In this document: one piece after another, positions 1-9,424 of the stretch | Position numbering within the stretch: position 1 is the first letter of the stretch | Layout: each line of letters starts with the position of its first letter | Origin: Parcubacteria group bacterium LiPW_41 | GTDB lineage: Bacteria; Patescibacteriota; Minisyncoccia; UBA6257; GWB1-50-10 | Length of the DNA: 64,000 bases | Reading direction: 5' to 3' | Assembly: GCA_007375535.1 (NCBI GenBank) | Contig: VMEM01000002.1 | Span: 20,265-84,264, forward strand | The notes under the pieces: model-generated | The model's input: only the letters and a program-made list of their open reading frames with translations | Told to the model about the DNA's origin: nothing | The model's database searches: none | Made by a program: the position numbers and the translations under genes

Positions 1-44
1 ATTTATTATGTAGAGAGTTTGTATATAAAAAATAATTTTTTCAT

Positions 45-788
45 ATGAATAATTCAATAACAAACAAGGGTCTAATTATAGGCTCAACAATACTAGGCGT
101 CGCGATTGTAGCTGCTGTTTCTGTGTGGGCTTATTCTTTTTTTGCGGTAAAGTCACTTTCAAATGTTATATCAGTAACCGGATCTGCAGACAAGGCAATA
201 GTTTCTGATATGGTGAAGTGGACGAGTAGTTTTTCGCGCAATGTTGGACTCAATGAGACGCGAGAAGGATACGCCATGATGAACAAGGATTTAAATTCAC
301 TTACTGAATATTTTAAAACCCAAGGAATTGGTGAAAAAGAGTTCACTGCGAAGCCAGTCATGATGAATCCAAGTTATGAATCAAGTGATAAATATGGAAG
401 TAAAATGGTTGGATATACATTGCAGCAATTTGTTGAAATACAATCCGGGAATGTCTCTGGAATTACAAAGCTCGCGCAAGATGCCCCGGTGAAACTTTCA
501 GAACTTGGAATACTTTTTTCGTCTCAGGGTCTTGAGTATTACTATAGTAAATTTGCAGACCTTAAGGTTGAAATGCTTGCTGAGGCAACAAAAAACGCAA
601 AGGCTCGAGCTGAAAAAATTGCAGAATCGACTGGTTCAAAAATTGGCTTTCTCCAATCAGCAAATATGGGAGTTTTTCAGGTGACGCCCGTTAATTCTGT
701 AGATGTCTCTGATTATGGGTATTTTGATACGTCGTCTATAGAAAAAAAGGTTACTTCGGTAGTAAGGGCTTCGTTTTCTCTAAAATAA
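45..788 (+). CDS. SIMPL/DUF541-like periplasmic protein, N-terminal membrane anchor
   Basis: 247 aa ORF with an N-terminal hydrophobic segment. The C-terminal region (KVEMLAEATKNAKARAEKIAE...GFLQSANMG) resembles SIMPL/BP26-family proteins. A rho-independent terminator follows. Confidence 0.5.
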   Translation: MNNSITNKGLIIGSTILGVAIVAAVSVWAYSFFAVKSLSNVISVTGSADKAIVSDMVKWTSSFSRNVGLNETREGYAMMNKDLNSLTEYFKTQGIGEKEFTAKPVMMNPSYESSDKYGSKMVGYTLQQFVEIQSGNVSGITKLAQDAPVKLSELGILFSSQGLEYYYSKFADLKVEMLAEATKNAKARAEKIAESTGSKIGFLQSANMGVFQVTPVNSVDVSDYGYFDTSSIEKKVTSVVRASFSLK

Positions 789-857
789 TACAAGATACGA
801 ACACCCACACCGTTTTCGGGTGTGGGTGTTTTTTCTCTTTCGCGATATAATAGATGT

Positions 858-1190
858 ATGAGAATTGAAATTAATGCAGTGCGCCTTGAGCTTACTGAGG
901 CATTAAAAGAATACGTAGAAAATAAAATCGGAGGGGTTGCGAGAATGGTTAAAAAATTTGAGGCTAATGGAGAACTTATTGCGTTTGTGGAAATATCAAA
1001 AACAACACGACACCACAAACAAGGAGATATATATTATGCAGAGATTACAATGAAACTTCCTCAAAAGACGATCAGACTCGAAAAGACACACGAAGATATG
1101 TATGGAGCAATTGATGAAATTAAAGACCTTTTTAAAGAAGAGATTTCAAAATTAAAGGAAATAAATATTAGCAAAACAAAAAACAAATAA
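858..1190 (+). CDS. hpf: ribosome hibernation promoting factor / ribosome-associated inhibitor (HPF/RaiA family)
   Basis: MRIEINAVRLELTEALKEYVENKIG... is a typical sigma-54 modulation/HPF N-terminus. The start was moved to the internal Met, which sits 6 nt after a TATAAT box. Confidence 0.75.
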   Translation: MRIEINAVRLELTEALKEYVENKIGGVARMVKKFEANGELIAFVEISKTTRHHKQGDIYYAEITMKLPQKTIRLEKTHEDMYGAIDEIKDLFKEEISKLKEINISKTKNK

Positions 1191-1196
1191 ATTTAT

Positions 1197-2807
1197 ATGA
1201 TAAGTCATCACGAACCAAATACTCATAAGACAGATTTACACACACAAAGACAGAGAAAAACAAAAAAGAAAGTACTTTTTTTTGGAATTGGAATATTTGC
1301 GCTTATTCTTGGTGTTTCTCTCGGTTTTGTTTTTAAGCCCGCTACACAACCTCCACAAGAAACATTTGTTGTTGCAAAGGGCTCAATTGCACAAGAGGTC
1401 ATTGTTACTGGAAGAGTAAAGGCATCAGAAGATGTAGATCTTGCGTTTGAGCGCGGAGGAAAAATAAGAAATGTAAATATAAAAATTGGAGATGTTGTAA
1501 GTCCTGGTCAAGCACTTGCATATTTAGACACAAGCGAACTTCAAGCACAACTTTTGGAAGCAGAAGCAAACGTTGAGGTTCAGAAAGCGCGTTTAAATGA
1601 ATTAAAGAAAGGAAATCGTCCGGAGGAAATTCAAATAAAAGAAAGTGAATTTAAAAAGGCAAACCAAGATTTGAAAAATCTTTATGGAAGTATTATTGAT
1701 GTAGTAAACGATTCATATATAAAAGCAGATGACGCTGTTAGGTCAAAAACTGATACGATCTTTACAAATGATGATTCAGAGAATCCGGAGCTTACATTTG
1801 CCACCAATGATGCTCAGGTACAAATTGATGCAACGACATTAAGAAGGGTTGTAGGAAACTCATTAGTTCAGTGGAAAAAAAGCATAGACGCAGTCAATTC
1901 TTCTGATGTTAGCGAACTTGATACCTTGTTGGTAAAAAGTGAAAAGTCTCTTTCTTTGGTTCGTGATTTTCTTTCTCGATCAATTGATGCGGTCAATGCT
2001 TCGATAAATATATCTCAGACTTCAATTGATTCATATAAAGCGAACTTAGGAACAGCTCGTTCGAGCGTAAATGTGGCAGCAGCAGCGGTCACGAATCAGG
2101 AACAGCTTATTTCCGCACAAAAAGTTGTTGTTGAGCGCATTAATAATGAGCTTACACTTGCATTGGCCGGGTCTACTCCAGAGTCTTTGGCTGCTCAAGA
2201 GGCACAGGTAAAGCAAGCGGAGGCAAGTATTGCTCTTATTAGGGCTCAGATTGCTAAAGCGACATTGATTTCTCCTATCAAGGGTGTTGTAACAAAACAA
2301 GATGCAAAAGCAGGAGAGATTGTTGCTCCAAACATTTCTCTTGTTTCTGTTATTTCAGATAAAAATTTAGAAATTGAGGCAAACATTCCTGAGGTTGATA
2401 TTGGAAGCGTTATTGTGGGGAATATAGTTCATATAACACTTGATGCATTTCCAAATGAAGAATTTTTAGGAAAAGTTGTTTATATTGATCCAGCAGAAAC
2501 AGTGAAAGATGGAGTTGTAAATTTTAAAGTCACCATTCTTTTTGATGAATCAAACGAAAGAGTGCGAAGTGGGTTTACTGCGAATTTGAATATAGAGACA
2601 AAGCGAAAAGAGAATGTGCTTGTTATACCGCAATTTGCTGTGGTAGAAAATGATTCTGGTGCATTTGTTAAAAAATGGGAGAATAAAAAAATTGTAGAGA
2701 CTTCGGTTGTGCTTGGTGTAAGAGATAATGATGGAAATGTTGAGGTTGTTTCTGGGCTTTCTGAGGGTGACGTGATTGTAAACGTTGGAATAAAGAATGC
2801 AAAATAA
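1197..2807 (+). CDS. HlyD-family periplasmic adaptor (MacA-like membrane fusion protein)
   Basis: N-terminal TM segment, a long coiled-coil middle and a beta-barrel C-terminus. It lies directly upstream of an ABC ATPase plus FtsX-like permease pair, the MacAB arrangement. Confidence 0.7.
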   Translation: MISHHEPNTHKTDLHTQRQRKTKKKVLFFGIGIFALILGVSLGFVFKPATQPPQETFVVAKGSIAQEVIVTGRVKASEDVDLAFERGGKIRNVNIKIGDVVSPGQALAYLDTSELQAQLLEAEANVEVQKARLNELKKGNRPEEIQIKESEFKKANQDLKNLYGSIIDVVNDSYIKADDAVRSKTDTIFTNDDSENPELTFATNDAQVQIDATTLRRVVGNSLVQWKKSIDAVNSSDVSELDTLLVKSEKSLSLVRDFLSRSIDAVNASINISQTSIDSYKANLGTARSSVNVAAAAVTNQEQLISAQKVVVERINNELTLALAGSTPESLAAQEAQVKQAEASIALIRAQIAKATLISPIKGVVTKQDAKAGEIVAPNISLVSVISDKNLEIEANIPEVDIGSVIVGNIVHITLDAFPNEEFLGKVVYIDPAETVKDGVVNFKVTILFDESNERVRSGFTANLNIETKRKENVLVIPQFAVVENDSGAFVKKWENKKIVETSVVLGVRDNDGNVEVVSGLSEGDVIVNVGIKNAK

Positions 2808-3525
2808 TCCCATAATTAAAGTTGAGAACCTCGAAAAACTATATTATGACGAAGGAGGTTCTACGCATGCTCTTCGTGGTGTATCTTTTGATATTCATCA
2901 AGGAGAATTTGTTGCTATTATGGGTCCTTCTGGATCTGGAAAATCTACATTGTTGCACATATTAAGTTTTCTGGATCGTCCAACAGGCGGATCATATGTG
3001 TTTAAAGGGAGAGACATGAACAATCTCTCTGATATTGATTTAGCACTCATTAGGAATAAAGAGATGGGGTTTATTTTTCAATCATTCAACTTACTTTCAA
3101 GACTTTCTGTGTTCGATAATGTCGCACTTCCTCTTATTTATGCCCACGACATAAGGGTTGAGAGGAGAAAAAAGCGTGTTGAGGATGCAATTGAGTCAGT
3201 TGGTATCTCAGAAAAAAGAGATATAGAGGCGGGAAAACTTTCAGGTGGTCAGAAGCAGAGAGTTGCGATTGCTCGTGCACTTGTGAACAACCCAAGTGTT
3301 ATTTTTGCAGACGAGCCGACTGGTAACCTTGATTCAAAGTCTGGAGCTCAAGTAATGGATATTTTGCAGAGGTTACACAAGGAAGGAAATACAATTATTT
3401 TAGTAACTCACGAGACATATACTGCTGAGTTTGCTGATCGATTAATTCATATAAAAGATGGATTGGTTGATTTTGATAGGCCAACAGTAAAACAAAGACG
3501 AACAAAAGAGGAATTTTTCAAATAA
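2797..3525 (+). CDS. ABC transporter ATP-binding protein (MacB/LolD family)
   Basis: Walker A GPSGSGKST, ABC signature LSGGQKQRVAIARAL and Walker B IIFADEPTGNLD. Confidence 0.85.
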   Translation: MQNNPIIKVENLEKLYYDEGGSTHALRGVSFDIHQGEFVAIMGPSGSGKSTLLHILSFLDRPTGGSYVFKGRDMNNLSDIDLALIRNKEMGFIFQSFNLLSRLSVFDNVALPLIYAHDIRVERRKKRVEDAIESVGISEKRDIEAGKLSGGQKQRVAIARALVNNPSVIFADEPTGNLDSKSGAQVMDILQRLHKEGNTIILVTHETYTAEFADRLIHIKDGLVDFDRPTVKQRRTKEEFFK

Positions 3526-3528
3526 AAT

Positions 3529-4773
3529 ATGAGATTATATGATTCAATAAAAACTGCCTCAAGTAATCTTACTCATTCAAAAATGAGGACATTCCTCACT
3601 ATGCTTGGAATTGTTATAGGAATATCTTCCGTTATTTTACTTATGTCCATTGGAGCTTCTGCAGAGAAATTAATTATTGGACAGGTACAAGGAGTTGGAT
3701 CTAATCTCGTTTTTGTTATTCCTGGAGCAACAAAAGGAACCCGATTCTCTGCGCCCGCATCTTCTCAAGGAATTATTATAAAAACGTTGATCAACTCTGA
3801 TGTTGATCTTTTGAAGAGGGATCCAGCGATTATAAATGTTGCACCGGAAGTTCGTGGGCAAGCAAAGGTGGTTTTTGGGAATAATGATACAAGTGCCACA
3901 TATATTGGAGTTACTGAGAATTTCTTTGAAACAAGAAATTTTGTTATTGAAAAAGGACAAGGATTTAGTGGTTCTGATGTTGATTCATTCAATAGAGTTG
4001 CGGTTCTTGGTCCTGAAATTGCTAAGATACTTTTTGGAGATTTTAATCCGATTGGAAGAAATTTTCGTCTTAATGATATTTCTTTTAGAGTTTCTGGAAT
4101 TCTTGAGAAAAAAGGAGTTGGAGCATTTGGAATTGATCAAGACAATATTATTCTTGTGCCGATATCCGTTGCTCAAAAACAAATGTTAGGTATTGATTAT
4201 TTTAATGCAATAACAGTTCAAGTGAATGATACGTATTCATCAGAATATACAAAATCACGGGTATTTTCGATAATGAGAAGTGCTCACAGAATTACTGATC
4301 CAAATAAAGATGATTTTACTGTTCGTACGCAAGAAGATATTCTTTCTCTCTTGGGAAGTATCACTTCAATTCTTACAATATTTTTGACATCAATTGCTTG
4401 TATATCCCTCGTTGTTGGGGGAATTGGTATTATGAACATAATGTTGGTTTCAGTTATAGAAAGGACGCGCGAGATAGGATTGCGAAAGGCGGTTGGGGCG
4501 ACAAATGGAGACATTCTTCAACAATTTTTATGGGAGGCGGTAATTTTAACATTTTTTGGTGGTTTTATTGGTATTCTCTTTGGATCACTTTTTGTAGGGG
4601 GAGCCTATCTTCTTCTTGTTAAGGTTATTAAAACTGATTGGGTATTTGCGCTTCCTGCGGAAGCTATCATATTGGCAGTCGTTGTCTCCACTTGTACTGG
4701 TGTTTTATTTGGATTGTATCCAGCACGTCAAGCAGCAAAGAAAAACCCAATTGATGCATTGCGATATGAATAA
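3529..4773 (+). CDS. ABC transporter permease, FtsX/MacB-like
   Basis: N-terminal TM, large periplasmic domain and a C-terminal FtsX-like 3-TM bundle. It is operonic with the preceding ATPase. Confidence 0.8.
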   Translation: MRLYDSIKTASSNLTHSKMRTFLTMLGIVIGISSVILLMSIGASAEKLIIGQVQGVGSNLVFVIPGATKGTRFSAPASSQGIIIKTLINSDVDLLKRDPAIINVAPEVRGQAKVVFGNNDTSATYIGVTENFFETRNFVIEKGQGFSGSDVDSFNRVAVLGPEIAKILFGDFNPIGRNFRLNDISFRVSGILEKKGVGAFGIDQDNIILVPISVAQKQMLGIDYFNAITVQVNDTYSSEYTKSRVFSIMRSAHRITDPNKDDFTVRTQEDILSLLGSITSILTIFLTSIACISLVVGGIGIMNIMLVSVIERTREIGLRKAVGATNGDILQQFLWEAVILTFFGGFIGILFGSLFVGGAYLLLVKVIKTDWVFALPAEAIILAVVVSTCTGVLFGLYPARQAAKKNPIDALRYE

Positions 4774-4781
4774 TTCTTTTT

Positions 4782-5444
4782 ATGCTTACGGAGAAAAATA
4801 GAAGAGAAAAAGAGTTACAAAAAAGAGCAATAAAAATAATTAAAGCACTTACTTGTATGTATCCACATGCGAAGGTTTTTCTTAATTATTCAAATCCATT
4901 TGAACTTCTTGTGGCGGTAATGCTTTCAGCACAATGCACCGACAAAAAAGTTAATGAGGTTACTGAAAAATTATTTAAAAAATATAAAACGATTGACGAT
5001 TACGTGAAGGCGGGGAGAGCAGAAAAAACGGTTCTAGTGTTTGAGAACGACATAAGACAAACTGGTTTTTTTCGAGTAAAAGCAAAGCATATTTTATTAG
5101 TTGCAAAAATTATTCAAGAAAAATATAAAGGAATGATTCCTGATAATATGGAAGAACTAACAGCTCTTCCTGGAGTTGGAAGAAAAACTGCAAATATTAT
5201 TTTAGAGTCAGCGTTTGGTATTGTGGTTGGAATTCCGGTTGATACGCACGTGTTTAGACTTGCTCATAGATTCGGTCTTTCAAAACAAAAAACACCCGAT
5301 GGCGTTGAGAAAGATTTGTGTAGAATAATACCAAAACGATATTGGGCTGGGCTTTCATATAAGCTCATTTCGTATGGACGAGAGTATTGTCCTGCGAGAG
5401 CGCACGATCATGCATTGTGTCCACTTTCTAAAATTGGGGTATAA
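4782..5444 (+). CDS. nth: endonuclease III (HhH-GPD DNA glycosylase/lyase)
   Basis: HhH motif LPGVGRKTANII and a C-terminal 4Fe-4S cluster loop C-x6-C-x2-C-x5-C (CPARAHDHALCPL). Confidence 0.8.
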   Translation: MLTEKNRREKELQKRAIKIIKALTCMYPHAKVFLNYSNPFELLVAVMLSAQCTDKKVNEVTEKLFKKYKTIDDYVKAGRAEKTVLVFENDIRQTGFFRVKAKHILLVAKIIQEKYKGMIPDNMEELTALPGVGRKTANIILESAFGIVVGIPVDTHVFRLAHRFGLSKQKTPDGVEKDLCRIIPKRYWAGLSYKLISYGREYCPARAHDHALCPLSKIGV

Positions 5445-5451
5445 TTGATAT

Positions 5452-6354
5452 ATGAAAAAGCCACACGTTGTTGTCCTTGGAATGGGAGAAATAGGGACAG
5501 TTTTGTTTTCCTTGGTAAAAAAGCGTGGATATTCTATTGAGGCGTGGGATAAGGTTCCACAAAAGGTTCCTCATCAGAAATCATTATTTGAAATCATTCC
5601 AAAAGCTGACATATTGTTTTTGTGTATTCCGTCTTGGAATTTACCAAATGTTGTAAAGTCTATTGGTCCGTTTATCCACAAACAAACGATTATTGTGGGG
5701 CTCGCAAAGGGTTTGCAAGCAACAAAAGAGACTCCATATACGTTTCTATCGAATTCGTTTCCTCACAATGAAGTGGTGATGCTTGGTGGCGCAATGCTTG
5801 CCGAAGAGGTTGCACTTGGAATGCCTGGTATTGCAGTTTTTGCAGGGAAAAAAGAAAGTGCACGCGTTTTAGTTAAAGATTGTTTTAAAAATACTAATGT
5901 TGTCTCTTTTGAGTCAAAGGATCCAGAGGTGAATTCTTTTTTGAGTATTTTAAAAAATGTTTATGCTTTAGGTCTTGGAATAGGAGATGGAATTGGGTGG
6001 GGTGGAAATGGGAGAGCTCTTCTTGCTCTTGAGGCATTAAAGGAAATGGAATTATTGTGTTCACTAAAAGGAATTAAGAAAGATCTTGTGTATGGGCAGT
6101 CTGGTTTTGTTGATCTTATTGCTACAGGATTTAGTGTGTATTCAAAAAATGTTGAAGTAGGAAAACTTATTGTTTCAACAAAAAAGACGCTACCAAATAG
6201 TGAGGGTCTTGTATCACTTGAGCCACTTAAGAAAATTATTGGGAGTTCTTCTTCGTTTCCTCTATTTAATGCCATTTATCAAGCGGCACTAAGGAAAGAA
6301 AAAGCAGGCGTGATTTTTTCTCGTTATATTAAAAAAATTCAACAGAAGGGGTAA
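5452..6354 (+). CDS. gpsA: NAD(P)H-dependent glycerol-3-phosphate dehydrogenase
   Basis: N-terminal Rossmann fold (VVVLGMGEIGT). Blocks AKGLQ, LGGAMLAEEVALGMPG, KNVYALGLGIGDGIGWGGNGRALL and GFVDLIATG align to conserved GpsA blocks. Confidence 0.7.
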   Translation: MKKPHVVVLGMGEIGTVLFSLVKKRGYSIEAWDKVPQKVPHQKSLFEIIPKADILFLCIPSWNLPNVVKSIGPFIHKQTIIVGLAKGLQATKETPYTFLSNSFPHNEVVMLGGAMLAEEVALGMPGIAVFAGKKESARVLVKDCFKNTNVVSFESKDPEVNSFLSILKNVYALGLGIGDGIGWGGNGRALLALEALKEMELLCSLKGIKKDLVYGQSGFVDLIATGFSVYSKNVEVGKLIVSTKKTLPNSEGLVSLEPLKKIIGSSSSFPLFNAIYQAALRKEKAGVIFSRYIKKIQQKG

Positions 6355-6360
6355 AAAATT

Positions 6361-7455
6361 ATGAGGATTGTATCTCATCTTGATATGGATGCTTTTTTTT
6401 CGGCGATCGAAGAAAGGGATAATTTACGTTTTAGAAATCGTCCCATTGTTGTTGGTTCTGATCCACAAGGTGGACGTGGGAGAGGTGTTGTTTCTACCGC
6501 AAATTATAAGGCAAGAGAATATGGAATTCGTTCAGCTCTTCCTATATCTCTTGCATGGGAATATTCTCAGCGAGCAGTGGCGCAAGGCAGAGAGGCGGTA
6601 TTATTTTTAGGCGTGGATATGGAAAAATATGAGCGAGTTTCTATAAACATTCGGAAGATTGTTGAATCTTTTGGATATGATTTTGAGCAGGCCTCGGTCG
6701 ATGAATTTTACATTGATTGCTCTCGTTGCGAAACATATAAAAATGCAGAGCGTTTATTGGGGAGAATAAAAAGTGAAATTTTAAAAAAAGAATCACTTTC
6801 CTGTTCTATTGGAATTGGTCCGAACAAGCTTATTGCAAAAATTGCATCTGACATAAAAAAACCAAATGGGCTTACTATAGTTCATAGAGAAGAGGTAAAT
6901 TCATTCCTTTTTTCAATGGCTGTTTCAAAAATTCCTGGTATTGGTCCAAAATCCGTTGAGGAGTTGTTAAAATTGGGAATAAAAACAGTTGGAGAATTAC
7001 AAAACATCTCTTGTGAAGATTTAGAGAAGAGGTTTGGAAAGTCTGGGGTGCAAATGTATAAGAAGTCACATGGAGTGGATGATGAGGCGGTGATAGAGTC
7101 TCAAGAAGTAAAATCAATTGGATCACAGGAAACTTTTTCTAAAGACACACGAGATGCAAAAGAAATTATTTCAATGGTAGAGAAACTTGTTTTTTCGACA
7201 TATGAGAGATTTATAGATTCATCTTTTGTTTCTTTTTCTCGTATCTCGGTTTCTGTTCGTTTTTCTGATTTTTCTACCATACAACGATCCAAAACTCTCT
7301 CAGGTCCAATGTCGAAAAGAGTTGATTTAGAATTTTTGGCACTTCAAATGTTTCTCTCCTTTCTTGATTCTAGAGAAAATAAAAAAAGAAAGGCAGTGCG
7401 CCTTATTGGAATTAGATTGGAAAAGCTCAACAGTCAGAGGAATTTATTTCTCTAA
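6361..7455 (+). CDS. dinB: DNA polymerase IV (Y-family)
   Basis: MRIVSHLDMDAFFSAIEERDNLRFRNRPIVVG is the canonical DinB/UmuC N-terminus, and a little-finger domain follows. Confidence 0.85.
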   Translation: MRIVSHLDMDAFFSAIEERDNLRFRNRPIVVGSDPQGGRGRGVVSTANYKAREYGIRSALPISLAWEYSQRAVAQGREAVLFLGVDMEKYERVSINIRKIVESFGYDFEQASVDEFYIDCSRCETYKNAERLLGRIKSEILKKESLSCSIGIGPNKLIAKIASDIKKPNGLTIVHREEVNSFLFSMAVSKIPGIGPKSVEELLKLGIKTVGELQNISCEDLEKRFGKSGVQMYKKSHGVDDEAVIESQEVKSIGSQETFSKDTRDAKEIISMVEKLVFSTYERFIDSSFVSFSRISVSVRFSDFSTIQRSKTLSGPMSKRVDLEFLALQMFLSFLDSRENKKRKAVRLIGIRLEKLNSQRNLFL

Positions 7456-8048
7456 ATTCTTCGATCTAGCGCGCTTTTTAGTGTTTCTTCGTCTGCGAAT
7501 TCTATTTCTCCTCCAGTAGGAATACCGCGTCCGATACGCGTTATATTTTTTGTTAGTTGTTTAAATTCTTCATTTATTACCGACGCAACAAAATCTCCAA
7601 ATGTTGTTGGATTAAGGGCAATTACTAATTCATCAATATTTCCTCCAAGTTCGGTTGAAATTCTTGTTTTTAATTTTGAGAGTCTGAGTTTGTGCTCTGT
7701 TTCCAAAATTCCGTGTTCAGGAAGAGATCCAAGAACGAGATAGTGACCATTCCAAGAGTGTGAGCGCTCAATTGAGAGAATGTCAGTTTCTTTCTCAACA
7801 ATAGCAATTTTTTTTGTATTTCTCTTCTTGTCTCCACAGATATCACAGAGCGTCTCGGTATCCATTTTAAGAAAAAAACATCGCTCGCAACGGTTTACGT
7901 TATTTAGTAGTGTTAGTGCGGCGATTAACTCTTCTCGTTTTGATTTTTCTTGGTTTACGATATAAAAGGCGAGACGAGTTGCAAAACGAGGTCCCAATGA
8001 GGGAAGTTTAGAAAATACATCAATAAATCGTTGAATAGGTGAGAGCAT
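7452..8048 (-). CDS. recR: recombination protein RecR
   Basis: HhH N-terminus, C4 zinc finger (CERC...CDIC) and a Toprim domain. It overlaps the dnaB stop. Confidence 0.85.
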   Translation of the reverse strand: MLSPIQRFIDVFSKLPSLGPRFATRLAFYIVNQEKSKREELIAALTLLNNVNRCERCFFLKMDTETLCDICGDKKRNTKKIAIVEKETDILSIERSHSWNGHYLVLGSLPEHGILETEHKLRLSKLKTRISTELGGNIDELVIALNPTTFGDFVASVINEEFKQLTKNITRIGRGIPTGGEIEFADEETLKSALDRRI

Positions 8049-9424
8049 TATTCGTGATATGAGTGTGTTTTGTCTAGGTTCTTAAAGCTTACCTTTTCTG
8101 GATCCCATCCCAGAGTTACTGAGCCAACTGGGCCATTACGGTGTTTTGCAATGATAACTTCAACGGTATTTTGGTCTTCGCTTGGTATGTCACTTCTTTC
8201 TCGTTCTTTTCTGTAAAGAAAGAGAACTACGTCAGCGTCTTGTTCCAAACTTCCTGATTCTCTGAGATCAGAGAGTCGGGGGATTTTAACATCTCTTTTG
8301 TCTACTTCTCGAGAGAGCTGTGAAAGCGCTAAAACTGGAACATTTAATTCGCGAGCGAGAGCTTTTATTGATCGTGAAATTTCAGTTACTTGTTGAACCA
8401 TATTGTCGGTGTTGGTTCGCGATCGAATAAGCTGTAGGTAGTCAATAACAATAAGATCAAGACCGTGTTCAAGTTGAAGACGACGCGCTGCGGAACGCAT
8501 TTCAAGCATTGTTGGAGATGGTGTATCTACTATGTGTATATTTATTTTTGAGAGTTCATCGAGGGCTTGTTGGACAAGTGCGAATTCTAAATCATCATTT
8601 AACCTTCCAGTACGAAGCCTCCATAGTGGGACTTGAGCTTGCCCAGCAATAATACGATCAACAATTTGATCGCGAGACATTTCGATTGAGAATATTCCTA
8701 CTGAGTGTCCACCGAGAGCAACCTGACGTGCTACGTCGAGAGCGAATGATGTTTTACCAACTGATGGACGCGCACCAAGTATTATCATGTCTGATGGCTG
8801 GAATCCAGAGAGAAGTTTATCAAGGTCTATAAAATGTGTTGGAACACCACGGACAGCGCTTTGCCCGCCACGATGAAGTTTTTCAAGGCGTTCGAATGCG
8901 CCAGGAAGTTCGTCTTTTATGTGTATAAATTTTTGAGGGCGTGATTTTTGTGAAATTCCAAAAATTCGCTGCTCTACTCCATCAAGTAATGATTCGAAAT
9001 CGGCACTATCAAATGCTTCTTCATTTATAACCGAAGAGGCGTCAATGATTTGGCGACGAATATGTTTTTCTTTTACTATTTGTGCGTAGTGAGCAATGTG
9101 AGCAGAAGAGGGGACGCGGGAGATAAGCTCGGTAAGATAATCCGTTCCTCCAATGTCCTTAAAAACTTTTTTGTTTTTTAATTTATTTGAAACAGTGAGA
9201 ATATCAATTGGTTCGCTGTTTTCAAACAACTCAACGATTGCTTCATAAATTTTTTGGTGTCCAGGATGATAGAAATCACTTGAATCAAGTTGATCTGCAA
9301 TTTTCAAAATAGCGTTTTTATCAATCATCAAAGATCCAAGTACTGAAACCTCCGCATCAAGATCTTGAGGTGGTATTTTTGCGATTGTTTGGCGTAGTGG
9401 TTTTATCGTCATAATTTGATACAC
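8048..9424 (-). CDS. dnaB: replicative DNA helicase
   Basis: DnaB N-terminal domain plus a RecA-like fold with Walker A GARPSVGKTSFAL and the H2/H3 motifs. Confidence 0.9.
   Translation of the reverse strand: MYQIMTIKPLRQTIAKIPPQDLDAEVSVLGSLMIDKNAILKIADQLDSSDFYHPGHQKIYEAIVELFENSEPIDILTVSNKLKNKKVFKDIGGTDYLTELISRVPSSAHIAHYAQIVKEKHIRRQIIDASSVINEEAFDSADFESLLDGVEQRIFGISQKSRPQKFIHIKDELPGAFERLEKLHRGGQSAVRGVPTHFIDLDKLLSGFQPSDMIILGARPSVGKTSFALDVARQVALGGHSVGIFSIEMSRDQIVDRIIAGQAQVPLWRLRTGRLNDDLEFALVQQALDELSKINIHIVDTPSPTMLEMRSAARRLQLEHGLDLIVIDYLQLIRSRTNTDNMVQQVTEISRSIKALARELNVPVLALSQLSREVDKRDVKIPRLSDLRESGSLEQDADVVLFLYRKERERSDIPSEDQNTVEVIIAKHRNGPVGSVTLGWDPEKVSFKNLDKTHSYHE

Noticed and set aside
3670-4189. 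Several antisense or alternative-frame ORFs inside the ABC permease gene
   Set aside because: They are fully contained within a well-supported CDS on the other strand or frame, and the AT-rich sequence yields K/N/I-rich spurious ORFs. The same applies to the many short overlapping ORFs inside rpoB, rpoC, cysS, pilB and others.
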